DNA from: Candidatus Poribacteria bacterium
Lineage (GTDB): Bacteria; Poribacteria; WGA-4E; WGA-3G
DNA length: 64,000 bases
Reading direction: 5' to 3'
Assembly (NCBI GenBank): GCA_965197475.1
Contig: CBDANF010000003.1
Span: forward strand, 3,648,001 to 3,712,000
Below are positions 37,189-48,100 of the stretch, piece by piece; position 1 is the stretch's first letter, and every line of letters starts with the position of its first letter. The notes beneath the pieces were generated by a model. The model did no database searches, was not told the origin of the DNA, and worked only from the letters and a program-made list of their open reading frames with translations. Position numbers and translations under genes: made by a program.

Positions 37189-38517
37189 CTATTTTTGCAG
37201 CTGAACCTTTAATTTTTCTGTGCCGTGGCTGCTCTTAATGTCAAGAATAAGTTCTAAAGCATCTCGCTCAAGCTGCAGAAACGCTTCAAGCGTTTGAACG
37301 TCGGTAATTTCTTTTCCATTGATTGCAAGGATGAGTGCTCCGCGCGGAATTTTTGCGTTGAACCCAGGGGCGTTTTCCTTTACCCTTGCGACGATTACGC
37401 CGCGGTCTTTATCTGATAGGTAGGTATATCTTTGAAAATCACTCTTTTCCAGTTTCCGTACTGCCAATCCAAGTGTTTTCCATGAAACAGATTCATCTAC
37501 AATAGGTAACCCTGCCATTTCCGGCGGCATTTCGTCAATTGTCACATTAAATGTTCTTTCTTTCCCACGCCGCAACACCTTGATGATAGATTGTTTGCCA
37601 ACTTGTGATTCTGCTATGAGCGTCTGGAATTCAAGGGATTTTTGCACCTTTTTCCCATTGTATTCAAAGATGATGTCACGCCATTCTAAACCTGCTCTGT
37701 GAGCAGGTGTTCCTATTCCTACTCTTTCAATGCGAATGCCTTTTGAGACCTCCTGCATGGAAATACCGAGGTAACCACGAATAATTTTACCATTTGCTAC
37801 CAGCTGATTGCCAATAGTGTTAACAAGATTGCTTGGAATCGCAAATCCCGCACCTGCTCTTGCCGGAGCGGGTGTATTTTCAACCTTACGAATTAAGGCA
37901 TTGATGCCGATAACTTCTCCATAGATGTTTAGTAGAGGACCGCCGCTGCTACCGGTGTTAATCCACGCATCCGTTTGGATGAAGTTTTGGTGACGAATGA
38001 CGCGCAATCCAAGGGGGACAGAACGTCCTTTACCGCTCACAATACCAGTTGTTACGGTAAAGTCAAGTTGAAAAGGGTTACCTATTGCGATGGCAAATTG
38101 TCCCACTCGAACCTTGTCGGAGTCAGCTAATGGAAGAATAGGGAATTCCTTTTCTCTCTCAACTTTTAAGACAGCAACATCTGTGATGATATCCGTTCCG
38201 ACTAATTTCGCATCAAGTATGCTACCGTCTAACAATTCCACTGCAAGCCGTTCCGCATCATGTACGATGTGGTCGTTTGTTAGAATATAACCGTCTTTCC
38301 GAAAAATAAATCCAGAGCCTTCTCGATAAAAATCTTTAGTTCTATTTCTGGCGACAACCCCTACAATAGCAGGTTTACTTTGCGCAGCAATATCAACAAA
38401 TGCGTTTTCAATGGCACTTAACAGTTCCAAATTGCGCGGTTGCTTGATTCGGGAGGCACATGAAGATAAAATGATAACAAAAAGGAGTGGGACACAATAA
38501 TAAATCTTTTTTCTCAT
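37189..38517 (-). CDS. HtrA/DegP-like serine protease, two PDZ domains, lipoprotein
   Basis: LSSC lipobox, TNDH, DVAV and GSSGGPL. Confidence 0.9.
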   Translation of the reverse strand: MRKKIYYCVPLLFVIILSSCASRIKQPRNLELLSAIENAFVDIAAQSKPAIVGVVARNRTKDFYREGSGFIFRKDGYILTNDHIVHDAERLAVELLDGSILDAKLVGTDIITDVAVLKVEREKEFPILPLADSDKVRVGQFAIAIGNPFQLDFTVTTGIVSGKGRSVPLGLRVIRHQNFIQTDAWINTGSSGGPLLNIYGEVIGINALIRKVENTPAPARAGAGFAIPSNLVNTIGNQLVANGKIIRGYLGISMQEVSKGIRIERVGIGTPAHRAGLEWRDIIFEYNGKKVQKSLEFQTLIAESQVGKQSIIKVLRRGKERTFNVTIDEMPPEMAGLPIVDESVSWKTLGLAVRKLEKSDFQRYTYLSDKDRGVIVARVKENAPGFNAKIPRGALILAINGKEITDVQTLEAFLQLERDALELILDIKSSHGTEKLKVQLQK

Positions 38518-38716
38518 CAAACAATTCCTTCTTTCAGAAGTTTTTATCAAGATTATACCAAATTCTGAGGTTTTAAATGGAACAAAAGTTGCCGAAGTTA
38601 GGATAGATAACGTGAGTTCGGTAAAAAAACCGCTTGTAATGCAAACTGTTAGTTTGCACTACAACACGAGTAGGATAGTGGGTGTCAGATATGCGAAATT
38701 TGTCCACACCCCATTT

Positions 38717-40060
38717 TCAGTTAACTATTTTTAAATTGATCGCTACTTTTTGTGTGCCATGAATACTTTTAATATCAAGAACCATCATACCTGTTATGTT
38801 TTGTTTATCTTGAAGGAACGTTTCAAGGGTTTGAACGTCGGTGATTTCTTGTCCATTGATAGCAACGATGAGTGCGCCACGCGGAATTTTTGCGTTGAAC
38901 CCGAGAGAATCTTTCTTAACCTTTTCAACGATAATGCCGCGATCTTGATCAGTGAGGTAGGTATATCTTTGATAATTCCCATCCTCCAACTTTCTCAGGG
39001 CTAACCCAAGCTTTTTCCAAGAAACAGACTCAGTTTTAACAGAGCGTCCTACCAATTCAGGTGGCATCTCATCAATAGTCACATTGAGTGTGATTTCCTG
39101 TTTTTGTCGTACTACCTTAATGGGATATTGCTTGCCGATTTGGCATTCCGCAACCATCAATCTGAATTCATAGAGTTCCGGCACCTTTTCCTCATCGAAT
39201 TCAACGATGATGTCATTCCGTTTTAAACCGCATTGGGATGCAGGCGTGTCTGGTTTTACTTTTGTAATTTTGAGACCTTTTGAAACATTTTGCAGATCAG
39301 CATCAAAGTAGCCACGGATAACTCTTCCATGTGTAATCAGTTGATGCCCAATTTTTTTAGCGAGATTACTATTAATAGCTAAGGTTGATCCTTCTCCCGG
39401 GTTTAAGGAATTGATACCAATAACCTCGCCTTGGATATTCAGCAAGGGACCACCGCTACTGCCTGGGTTAATCCAAGCATCCGTTTGGATGTAATTATTA
39501 TGATATTGAAAGATCGTTGTTTTTGGATGAAAACAACGATCTTTGCCGCCGACGATACCTGCCGTCACAGTATACCTATATCGTAGTGGGTCGCCGATGG
39601 CGACAGCAAATTGTCCTATTCGAATCTTTGCTGAATCCGCCATCGTAAGAACCGGAAATTCTTCTTCTTGATCAATTTTTATAACCGCAATATCAGTGTT
39701 CTGATCGCCCCCGACCAATCTTGCATTAAACGCGCTGCCATCAAACAACGTCACCCTGATGCTTTTTGATCCGCGCACGACGTGTTCGTTGGTTAGGATA
39801 TAGCCATCTTTCCGAAAAATAAAACCGGAGCCCGTCCCTGATGTATCAATAGTTTTGTTATCCTTTCGTTCTTCTTTTCTAACGGAAAGACTAACAATAG
39901 CAGGCATACTCTGATTCACGATATTAGTAATGGCGTTTTCAAAAGAGCTTAAAATTTCAAAATCGCTTGGGGGGTTTATTTGGTTGGTTGACGTTGCACA
40001 CGAACTGATAATAGCGACGAAAATGAGTAAAAGAGTGCTTAAACTTGTGTTTCTTTTCAT
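38717..40060 (-). CDS. HtrA/DegP-like serine protease, two PDZ domains, lipoprotein (paralog)
   Basis: ISSC lipobox, TNEHV, DIAV and PGSSGGPL. Confidence 0.9.
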   Translation of the reverse strand: MKRNTSLSTLLLIFVAIISSCATSTNQINPPSDFEILSSFENAITNIVNQSMPAIVSLSVRKEERKDNKTIDTSGTGSGFIFRKDGYILTNEHVVRGSKSIRVTLFDGSAFNARLVGGDQNTDIAVIKIDQEEEFPVLTMADSAKIRIGQFAVAIGDPLRYRYTVTAGIVGGKDRCFHPKTTIFQYHNNYIQTDAWINPGSSGGPLLNIQGEVIGINSLNPGEGSTLAINSNLAKKIGHQLITHGRVIRGYFDADLQNVSKGLKITKVKPDTPASQCGLKRNDIIVEFDEEKVPELYEFRLMVAECQIGKQYPIKVVRQKQEITLNVTIDEMPPELVGRSVKTESVSWKKLGLALRKLEDGNYQRYTYLTDQDRGIIVEKVKKDSLGFNAKIPRGALIVAINGQEITDVQTLETFLQDKQNITGMMVLDIKSIHGTQKVAINLKIVN

Positions 40061-40250
40061 CAGAATACCTCTTTAGTTTTATTTTTAACTATCGTAAAAC
40101 CTATAATTATTTATACACTTTTACACATGAATGGTTGCAACGTTCTATTGTAAAGATAAGAGGGTAACGAATTGCGCGACTATAAAAGGTGTTTTTGTTA
40201 ATGAAAAGCAATCATTTAGAAATGGTACAACATCTATTTTTGTATATTCC

Positions 40251-40331
40251 ATTTTAACAGATTCTGGAGGAAATGTCAATTCATTTTTCTGACCGTATGT
40301 CTTTGACGAATCGGATTGGATGTGTTATACT
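40251..40331. promoter_or_regulatory. Divergent sigma70 promoters
   Basis: Minus strand TTGACA(40279-40274)-17-TAAAAT; plus strand TTGACG(40303)-17-TATACT. Confidence 0.6.
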
Positions 40332-40372
40332 TTTGCCATTATAATCACGAACATTTAAGGAATCGCTGATAA

Positions 40373-42127
40373 ATGAATTTGCTACGTTACTCGCTTATTT
40401 TCATCTTCGTAACCACAATCGCTATCGCTGAAGAACCCACCCCGTTTGGCATTCCACCGTGGCAACCCACAGGCAGATACACACATCCCGATATTCGAGA
40501 GAGTTCTGGTATTGTTGTGAGTAAACAGTTTGAAGATGTCTATTGGACGTTGAACGACTCCGGCAACCCCGCACTCCTTTACGCAACAAAACGGAATGGT
40601 GAATCAATCCGAGAAATCAAAGTCCGCGGTACCCGAAATTTTGATTGGGAAGCACTCGGTATTGACGACAAGGGGCAACTCTGGATCGGTGACATCGGCA
40701 ATAACAGCAGAATGCGATTTGATTTAAATGTGGTTGTCGTGAAAGAACCGAACCCGTACACTGAGGCAGAAGCAAAAGTCATAGCGAAGTATCCGTATCA
40801 GTACCCTGATAAAAATGTAGATGCAGAAGGTCTGTTTATTGCAGATGGCATACCCTATATTGTGTCTAAAGAACAAGCAGGAGCGGTGCTTTACCGTTTT
40901 CCCGAATTGAATGCGGACGCGAAGCAGGTTTTGGAACGTGTCGGTGAGTTCGCAGGAGCGAAACAAGTTACAGGTGCTGGTATCTCGGAGGACGGAAAGC
41001 GATTGGCTGTCTGCACATACAATTCCCTCTGGGTATATCACGACGCTGCTGGCGACTTAGCACAGATGATTCAGAGAAAACCGTGGGTCTTGCGGCACAA
41101 TTTTCTTGGTGAGGCGATCTGTTTTGAAGGTTATAATCTCTATTTGACAAACGAAGCGCGCGATATCTACGCACTACCACAATTTTGGTATAAGAAACAG
41201 TGGAAAATACCACCCAAAAACACACAATCGGCAGTATCCTCGTTAGACGTGCAAGAGTCAGAGGGATATAAGTTAGAAAACTATCGTGATGCTGGGATTG
41301 ATATTGATGGTGGGCACGTTGCATTGGATGCCAAAATATCAGGCGCAGCAGTACATCAAAAGATTGAAGTTCCCTATAAAAACCTGTATGAAATCAGTGC
41401 TGTCTTGACCCAAGGACCGGAATATGGACAAGCAGAACTCACCGTTAATGGAACAAAGGTTGGTCAACCTTATGATTGCTACCACCCGGAACTGATTGCT
41501 GGAACGTTGGTAACTTTCGGCACTGTCTCACTGAACCAAGGAGATAACCAAATCATATTGAGGAGTGTCGGTAAATCAACTGAGGCGACAGGTTATAAAG
41601 TTGGAGTTGATTCCTATCAGATATTGCATGCTTCTCCGTTTGTTCGGCGTTATATGATTTTAGGTCCGTTTCCGAAGGCAGATGTCAACACGACAGTTCC
41701 ATTGATTTCTTCAGAAAACCTGCTGAATCTGAACGAAACTTATAAAGGAATTGAAGGAAAAACGATCCGTTGGCGTGAAGCAGAGACCAGAACAAGCGGT
41801 ATGCTGGATTTACGAGCGAACATCGGTATGAACACAGGCGTGGTGGGATACGCGGTTACATACATCTATACACCAAAAGCGATGGACACTGTTCTGCTGT
41901 TAGGCAGCGATGAGACGGTTACGGTGTGGTTAAACGGCACAGAGATTCACAAAAAGCGGGTCTACCGACGTATAACCCCAGATGCAGATACGATTCCGTG
42001 CCAGTTGAAAGCAGGATGGAACGCGGTTGTGTGTAGCGTTGAACAGAACAGTTGGACGTGGGCACTGTATCTACGGTTTACTGATGCAGAGGGTGTGCTT
42101 AAATATAGTCTCCAACCGAAAAAATAG
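40373..42127 (+). CDS. Secreted multidomain protein (beta-propeller plus CBM-like/PA14-like domains)
   Basis: Signal peptide; ESSGI, NDSGN, DWEAL, GDIGNN and DAEGL; C-terminal LGSDE..VWLNG..LKAGWN. Confidence 0.75.
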   Translation: MNLLRYSLIFIFVTTIAIAEEPTPFGIPPWQPTGRYTHPDIRESSGIVVSKQFEDVYWTLNDSGNPALLYATKRNGESIREIKVRGTRNFDWEALGIDDKGQLWIGDIGNNSRMRFDLNVVVVKEPNPYTEAEAKVIAKYPYQYPDKNVDAEGLFIADGIPYIVSKEQAGAVLYRFPELNADAKQVLERVGEFAGAKQVTGAGISEDGKRLAVCTYNSLWVYHDAAGDLAQMIQRKPWVLRHNFLGEAICFEGYNLYLTNEARDIYALPQFWYKKQWKIPPKNTQSAVSSLDVQESEGYKLENYRDAGIDIDGGHVALDAKISGAAVHQKIEVPYKNLYEISAVLTQGPEYGQAELTVNGTKVGQPYDCYHPELIAGTLVTFGTVSLNQGDNQIILRSVGKSTEATGYKVGVDSYQILHASPFVRRYMILGPFPKADVNTTVPLISSENLLNLNETYKGIEGKTIRWREAETRTSGMLDLRANIGMNTGVVGYAVTYIYTPKAMDTVLLLGSDETVTVWLNGTEIHKKRVYRRITPDADTIPCQLKAGWNAVVCSVEQNSWTWALYLRFTDAEGVLKYSLQPKK

Positions 42128-42149
42128 GGCGGATTACGCAGATTTCGCG

Positions 42150-43196
42150 AATTATTTATCATAATTCCTCAAATTTTTACCTAATTCTCGTATTTTTCAA
42201 ATTTTACTTGATTTTTTTTGCAGAATGTATATAATTATCGTATTGAGACAATTATATACATTTACAATTATATATAACTGTCTTGATAAGATTGTATTGC
42301 AGGAAATTACTGTAATATTCGGTTTGCTTGACTGATGTAACCAATCCTTTTCAACAGACACACCACACAAGGATGCCATAAACAAAAGGAGGTATTAAAT
42401 GTTTCGCGATATTCTTACCAACAAGTGGTTTATTGGCGGTTTTTGCTTCCTGATCGTGTTTGCTATAGCGTGTGTGTTCTGGTACCGATACGATACGGCA
42501 CCTGACAGAAAATCGGCAGCGGAGACTGCTGAACTGCTCCGGCAATGGGCAGCTAAGAAAGCGGTAACTGATAGCGAGGCAGCTGATATACCTGCAGATA
42601 GTACAACGCCAAACACGGAGAAAACAACCAGGGCAGTGGCGGAAACGGACACAAGCACCGAGGCAGAAACCAAGACATACAAAGAAGGGGACATCTACAT
42701 TGGTAAGACACCCCCGCCAATACCGGTTTCTCAAGATCAGCTTGTCTCCCCTTACGGATTCGGACCCTATCCGGAATTGCCGGAAGGGTTCGGTCCCATT
42801 ACATGGCCCCGCAAACATGCTGAATCTGAGTTAATGATACGCATGGAGATAGAACTTCTAAATCAAGGTGTTCCTGTAGAAGGAATTGTTATGAAGAATG
42901 GCTTGATATATCCTATCATCAAAGGCATCTGTTATGTGGAATGGGGTGAGACATCCTACGGAAGACGATATCTCCGCCGCTCTACCGGTCATCCTGATGA
43001 TGGCGATTACATGGAAACCATTGAAGAAGAAAGAAGAAAGCGGCATGAAAGTGTCACTGCGTCTGACTTTCCTGGTATCCAACTAATACTGTATGAAGAG
43101 GGCGGTATAGACCCCTATACCTTCCTTGATTTACCAAAATAAGGAGAAACACATGAAACGTTTTATAAGTTACACACTGATTTTTACAATACTCGC
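42150..43196. repeat. Direct repeat, copy 1 (copy 2 at ~43362-44417); boundaries approximate
   Basis: Promoter, leader, anchored-protein gene and start of the cargo gene are all duplicated. Confidence 0.9.
42399..43142 (+). CDS. N-terminally anchored hypothetical protein (copy 1)
   Basis: RBS AGGAGG; TM helix; SPYGFGPYPELP motif; ends GIDPYTFLDLPK. Confidence 0.8.
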   Translation: MFRDILTNKWFIGGFCFLIVFAIACVFWYRYDTAPDRKSAAETAELLRQWAAKKAVTDSEAADIPADSTTPNTEKTTRAVAETDTSTEAETKTYKEGDIYIGKTPPPIPVSQDQLVSPYGFGPYPELPEGFGPITWPRKHAESELMIRMEIELLNQGVPVEGIVMKNGLIYPIIKGICYVEWGETSYGRRYLRRSTGHPDDGDYMETIEEERRKRHESVTASDFPGIQLILYEEGGIDPYTFLDLPK

Positions 43197-43299
43197 GTGC
43201 ACCCTCACGGTGCTTTGGGCTGACACCAAAAAGAGAAATGTAAATCAGTATTGGGAAAATGCCTCACAACTTAAAAAATCACAGATGGGAATATCCTAA
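43153..43299 (+). pseudogene. Signal-peptide stub of a cargo gene
   Basis: RBS AAGGAG followed by MKRFISYTLIFTILACTLTVLWADTKKRNVNQYW, homologous to the N-terminus of 44374-45114 and then truncated. Confidence 0.75.
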
Positions 43300-43349
43300 T
43301 CCTGATAATCTGGTAATCCTGATAATCTGGTAATCCTGGTTCAGACAAT
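43297..43349. repeat. Short 17-bp tandem repeat (TAATCCTGATAATCTGG x ~2.5)
   Basis: Seen directly; ends in GGTTCAGACAA. Confidence 0.75.
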
Positions 43350-43616
43350 TTGCACAGATTAAGCGAATTTTTTGTCATAATTCCTCAATTTTCTACTAAT
43401 TTCCAAAATTATGCAAATTTAACTTGATTTTTTTTGCAAATTTGATATAATTCATTTTAAGACAATCGTTAATTATCTATAATTACTAAATAATTGTCTT
43501 AAGGTAATTGTATTGCAGGAAATTACTATAATACTCGGTTTGCTTGACTGTTGTGTTCTATTCTTCTCAACTGATATGTTGCATACGGGCGTGTCATAAA
43601 CAAAAGGAGGTCTAAA

Positions 43617-44363
43617 ATGTTTCGTGATATTATTGGCAATAAGTGGGTTATTGGGGGGTTTTGCTTCCTGATCGTGTTTGCTATAGCGTGTGTGTTCTGG
43701 TACCGATACGATACGGCACCTGACAGAAAATCGGCAGCGGAGACTGCTGAACTGCTCCGGCAATGGGCAGCTAAGAAAGCGGTAACTGATAGCGAGGCAG
43801 CTGATATACCTGCAGATAGTACAACGCCAAACACGGAGAAAACAACAGCTGGGACAGTGGCGGAAACGGACACAAGTGCCGATACAGAAACCAAGACATA
43901 TAAAGAAGGGGACATCTACATTGGTAAGACACCCCCGCCAATACCGGTTTCTCAAGATCAGCTTGTCTCCCCTTACGGGTTCGGACCCTATCCGGAATTG
44001 CCGGAAGGGTTCGGTCCGATTACATGGCCTCGCAGGAATGCTGAATCTGAGTTATTAACGCGTGTCAGGATCAAACTTCTAAAACAGAATGTCCCTGTTA
44101 AAGGGGTTGTTATGAAAAATGGTTTGGTATATCCTATCATCAAAGGCATCCGTTATGTGGAATGGGGTGAGACATCCTACGGAAGACGATATCTCCGCCG
44201 CTCTACCGGTCATTCTGATGATGGAGATTACATGGAACCCATTGAAGAAGAAAGAAGAAAGCGGCATGAAAGTGTTACTGCGTCTGACTTTCCTGGTATC
44301 CAACTAATACTGTATGAAGAGGGCGGTATAGACCCCTATACCTTCCTTGATTTACCAAAATAA
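43617..44363 (+). CDS. N-terminally anchored hypothetical protein (copy 2)
   Basis: Near-identical to 42399-43142. Confidence 0.8.
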   Translation: MFRDIIGNKWVIGGFCFLIVFAIACVFWYRYDTAPDRKSAAETAELLRQWAAKKAVTDSEAADIPADSTTPNTEKTTAGTVAETDTSADTETKTYKEGDIYIGKTPPPIPVSQDQLVSPYGFGPYPELPEGFGPITWPRRNAESELLTRVRIKLLKQNVPVKGVVMKNGLVYPIIKGIRYVEWGETSYGRRYLRRSTGHSDDGDYMEPIEEERRKRHESVTASDFPGIQLILYEEGGIDPYTFLDLPK

Positions 44364-44373
44364 GGAGAAACAC

Positions 44374-45114
44374 ATGAAACGTTTTATAAGTTACACACTG
44401 ATTTTTACAATACTCGGTTGTAGCACCATTTCCCTTTTTGCTTACAACGACAAAGCCAAAAAGACCGTAAATAAGTATTGGGCAGGATGTATCGCAGAAG
44501 ATTGGGATGGACCTTTATTCGCTGAAGCCTATATTATAGCGGACATAGACTATCCAGGTGAAGGCGACAATTGGCGCGAAAAAATGTCGCACAGGCTTCA
44601 GGCAATTTTAAGAGGAGGCTACGGCATTCACCTTCAGGCGTACGCCAGAGTTGACGGTGAAGCCCCAAGATGGAACGGCAAAGTTGTTAATGATTACGGA
44701 GGCGAGTATGACTTATATGCAAGTGTCTGTTATGAGGATGATGCTAAAAATGATACGTGGGAAGGAGAAGTGGATGAGAAGGTAAAAGCAGAGGATTTCA
44801 TCATATTGGATGTGGACCGCACAAATTGGGATACTATACGCGCTATTAATCAATTTCCTTGTTGGGCATGGGGTGATATAGACGGATCCAGTCCTGAAAT
44901 AGTAGCGTGGAAATGGGTAGGTATTCCGTCTGGTGAATCGGGATCGGAAACCCGGTATGTAAAAGTGCGAGATTGGAATAGATCGCGCCCTGCACTGTCC
45001 CATAATGCGGTTGCAGATGTCTGGAACTTCTCATTTTATGACACTCGAGGTGAAAATAAATGGAACTGCTTTTTCTCAGGTGATACTTCCTGTCCCGAAT
45101 GCGGTGGTAGTTGA
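44374..45114 (+). CDS. Secreted hypothetical protein with C-terminal C..CPEC
   Basis: RBS AAGGAG, signal peptide, Trp/Asp-rich mature region. Confidence 0.75.
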   Translation: MKRFISYTLIFTILGCSTISLFAYNDKAKKTVNKYWAGCIAEDWDGPLFAEAYIIADIDYPGEGDNWREKMSHRLQAILRGGYGIHLQAYARVDGEAPRWNGKVVNDYGGEYDLYASVCYEDDAKNDTWEGEVDEKVKAEDFIILDVDRTNWDTIRAINQFPCWAWGDIDGSSPEIVAWKWVGIPSGESGSETRYVKVRDWNRSRPALSHNAVADVWNFSFYDTRGENKWNCFFSGDTSCPECGGS

Positions 45115-45138
45115 GGCACCGATTCCTATAGAAGAAAC

Positions 45139-45168
45139 AGGCAGGTAATCATTAAGGTTACCTGCCTA
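45139..45168. terminator. Intrinsic terminator between the cassette and ileS
   Basis: AGGCAGGTAA..TTACCTGCCT. Confidence 0.7.
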
Positions 45169-45194
45169 TTCATTTAACTGCATAAAATGCGATT

Positions 45195-48100
45195 CTACAC
45201 CTGTTCAACACTCAGCGTCGCTGGTTCGCCGTTGAGTTTCTGATCAAGACTAAATGCATTCTCACCCGGAGATTCAACGACCTCAGTCGTCAAAGTCTCC
45301 GATAGGATATAATCCCGATGTGTTTCAAACGCTTCTACCACCAGCGCGGATGATGTGTTCAAACTAAGTCTAATCCGATCAGACACATTAAAATCGGCAT
45401 CCTTCCGCATGTTCTGTATTTTGTTGACAAGTTCGCGTGCCATGCCTTCAAGCACCAACTCATGCGTCAGTTCCGTTGAAAGTGCCACAAATTTCTTCGC
45501 GTCTACTTCTACAAAAAATCCTTCCCTATTCTGTGTCTGCACGTCAATTTCTGACTGCTCAAGCGTGTAGGTTTCACCAGACGCTTCAAGCTGAAGACTC
45601 CCGTTTGATTCCAATTCCGCTTTTATCTGCATAGTATCTGCGGTAGCGAGTGCCTTTGCGATTGCCTGCACGCCTTTGCCGTACTTTGGTCCCAACACCC
45701 GGAAATTCGGTTTGAGTGTAACTTGTGCAAACGCATCTAAATCTTCTGTGAAGACAATTTCCTTAACATTCAATTCATCGTGAACAAATGCTGCCAAACG
45801 ATTGACGGTCTCTTTTTCTGTATCGGATAATCCACCAAGCGTTATTTCAGCAAGTGGTTGGCGTGTCTTAATACCGGAACGATTCCGAGCGGCATGCCCC
45901 ATACTGATGACTTCGCGTGTGAAAGCCATATCGTTTTCTAATTCAGTATCTATCAACGCAGCATCTGCGGCTGGATATTCCGCAAGGTGGACACTGAGCG
46001 GCGCATCGGGGTCAAGCGAACCGACTAAGTTGCGGTAGAGTTCATCCGCTAAAAATGGAATAAATGGCGCAGCGAGTTTCGCTACAGTAACAAGCACCTC
46101 ATAAAGCGTTGCGTAGGCAGCTTGTTTGTCCTGTCCTGCTTCCGAACCCCAGAAACGGTCGCGGGAACGGCGAACATACCAGTTGCTAAGGTCATCCACA
46201 AACGCCTCAATGGCGCGAGGTGCATTCGTGAGATGGTAATTCTCCATGTCACCGCGCACCTTGTTAATTAAGGTATGCAGGCGGGATAAAATCCATTTGT
46301 CTACGATAGCACGTTCCGCAAACGGAGGTGCATCTTGCAAGACATCAACCTGTTCTAAGTTAGCATACATCACAAAAAAACTATAAACGTTGTGAAGCGT
46401 TCCCATAAACTTTTTCAACGCTTCGTCAATACCTTCAAGTTTGAAAGTCCGCTGTGCCCAAGGCGGTGATGCTGTGAACATATACCACCGCATTGCGTCT
46501 GCACCCTGCTCGTTTAAAATCGTCCACGGATCTACCGTGTTGCCCCGACTCTTACTCATCTTCTGCCCGTCTGAAGCGAGAATTAGTTCAAGGCAGAGGC
46601 AGTTTTTATAGGCGGGTTTGTCGTAGAGGAGTGTGCCGGTTGCTAAGAGACTATAGAACCACCCGCGGGTCTGATCGATTGCTTCCGAGATGAAATCTGC
46701 GGGATAGGCACGCTCAAACAGTTCCTTGTTTTCAAAAGGATAATGCCATTGCGCGGTGTGTGCACATCCTGAGTCAAACCAACAATCAATCACATCCTGT
46801 ATGCGATGCATCGTGCTACTGCATTTCTCACAGGTAAGCACAACGTCATCCACATAAGGACGGTGCAGTTCAATATCGTCAGGCACATCGGTGCCAAGTT
46901 CCTTCAATTCGGCAATACTACCAACACAGTGTTGATGTCCACAATCGTCACAAATCCAGATTGGTAGCGGTGTTCCCCAATAACGTTCACGACTCAATCC
47001 CCAGTCGATATTATTTTCCAACCAATTACCGAACCTACCGTCTTTGATATGCTCAGGGTACCAGTTGATTTCCTGATTGTGCTGACGCATTTGGTCTCTA
47101 ATGGTGGTCGTGCGGATAAACCACGATTCGCGCGCATAGTAGAGCAGCGGGGTATCGCATCGCCAACAGAACGGATATTGGTGAGTATACTCGGTAGCTT
47201 TGAACAACAACCCTCGTCTGTCCAAGTTCTCAATGATTTTCGGGTCAGCGTCTTTGACGTATTCACCTGCCCACACATCTTTAACCTCTGCGACAAATTT
47301 GCCATCTGCCCCCACCAATTGCACTAACGGTAAATTATATTTTTGCCCAATATCGTAGTCATCTTGCCCGAAAGCGGGAGCAATATGGACTATACCGCTA
47401 CCCTCAGTCGTCGTGACGAAATCACCTGGGACAACATAATGGCATTTTTCCGGATGTTGTCCACTGTCAAAAAGCGGTTCGTATTCCCAATTGAGTAGGT
47501 CAATGCCCTTATAGTTTTCAACGATTTGCGGGGGTTCATCGCCAAATAGACTCGGCATACATTCCTTCGCGAGGATGAGGTGTTGTCCGTTCTGTTCAAC
47601 GGCGACGTAATCGAAATCTTCACCGACAGCCACAGCAACGTTAGATGGTAACGTCCACGGTGTCGTTGTCCAAACAAGTAGATAAGTATTCTCTCTGTTT
47701 TTGAGTGGAAATCGCACAAAGATGGATGGGTCATCAACTTCTTGGTAACCGAGCGCGACTTCGTGGCTTGCCAAGGTTGTGCCACACCTATAGCAATACG
47801 GTTGCACCTTATGTCCCTGATACAATAGTTTTTTATCCCATGCTTGCCGCAACACCCACCAGACACTCTCAATGTAATCGTTTGACAACGTGATATACGC
47901 CTCATCTAAATTTACCCAGAACCCGATACGTTCTGTCATCTGCCGCCAATCCTGTTCGTATTGGAAGACGTTCTCTTTGCATTTTTCAATAAAATTCTGA
48001 ACGCCGTAAGCTTCCAGTTCCGCTTTATTTGTGATGTTGAGTTGCTTTTCGACCTGATATTCTACGGGAAGTCCATGTGTGTCCCACCCCGCTTTTCTGT

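Noticed and set aside
37189-40060. Tandem HtrA pair as a novel system
   Set aside because: Ordinary paralog duplication with intact triads; nothing further seen.
43297-43349. Short repeats as a CRISPR array
   Set aside because: Adjacent 17-bp tandem units with no spacers, and no cas genes.
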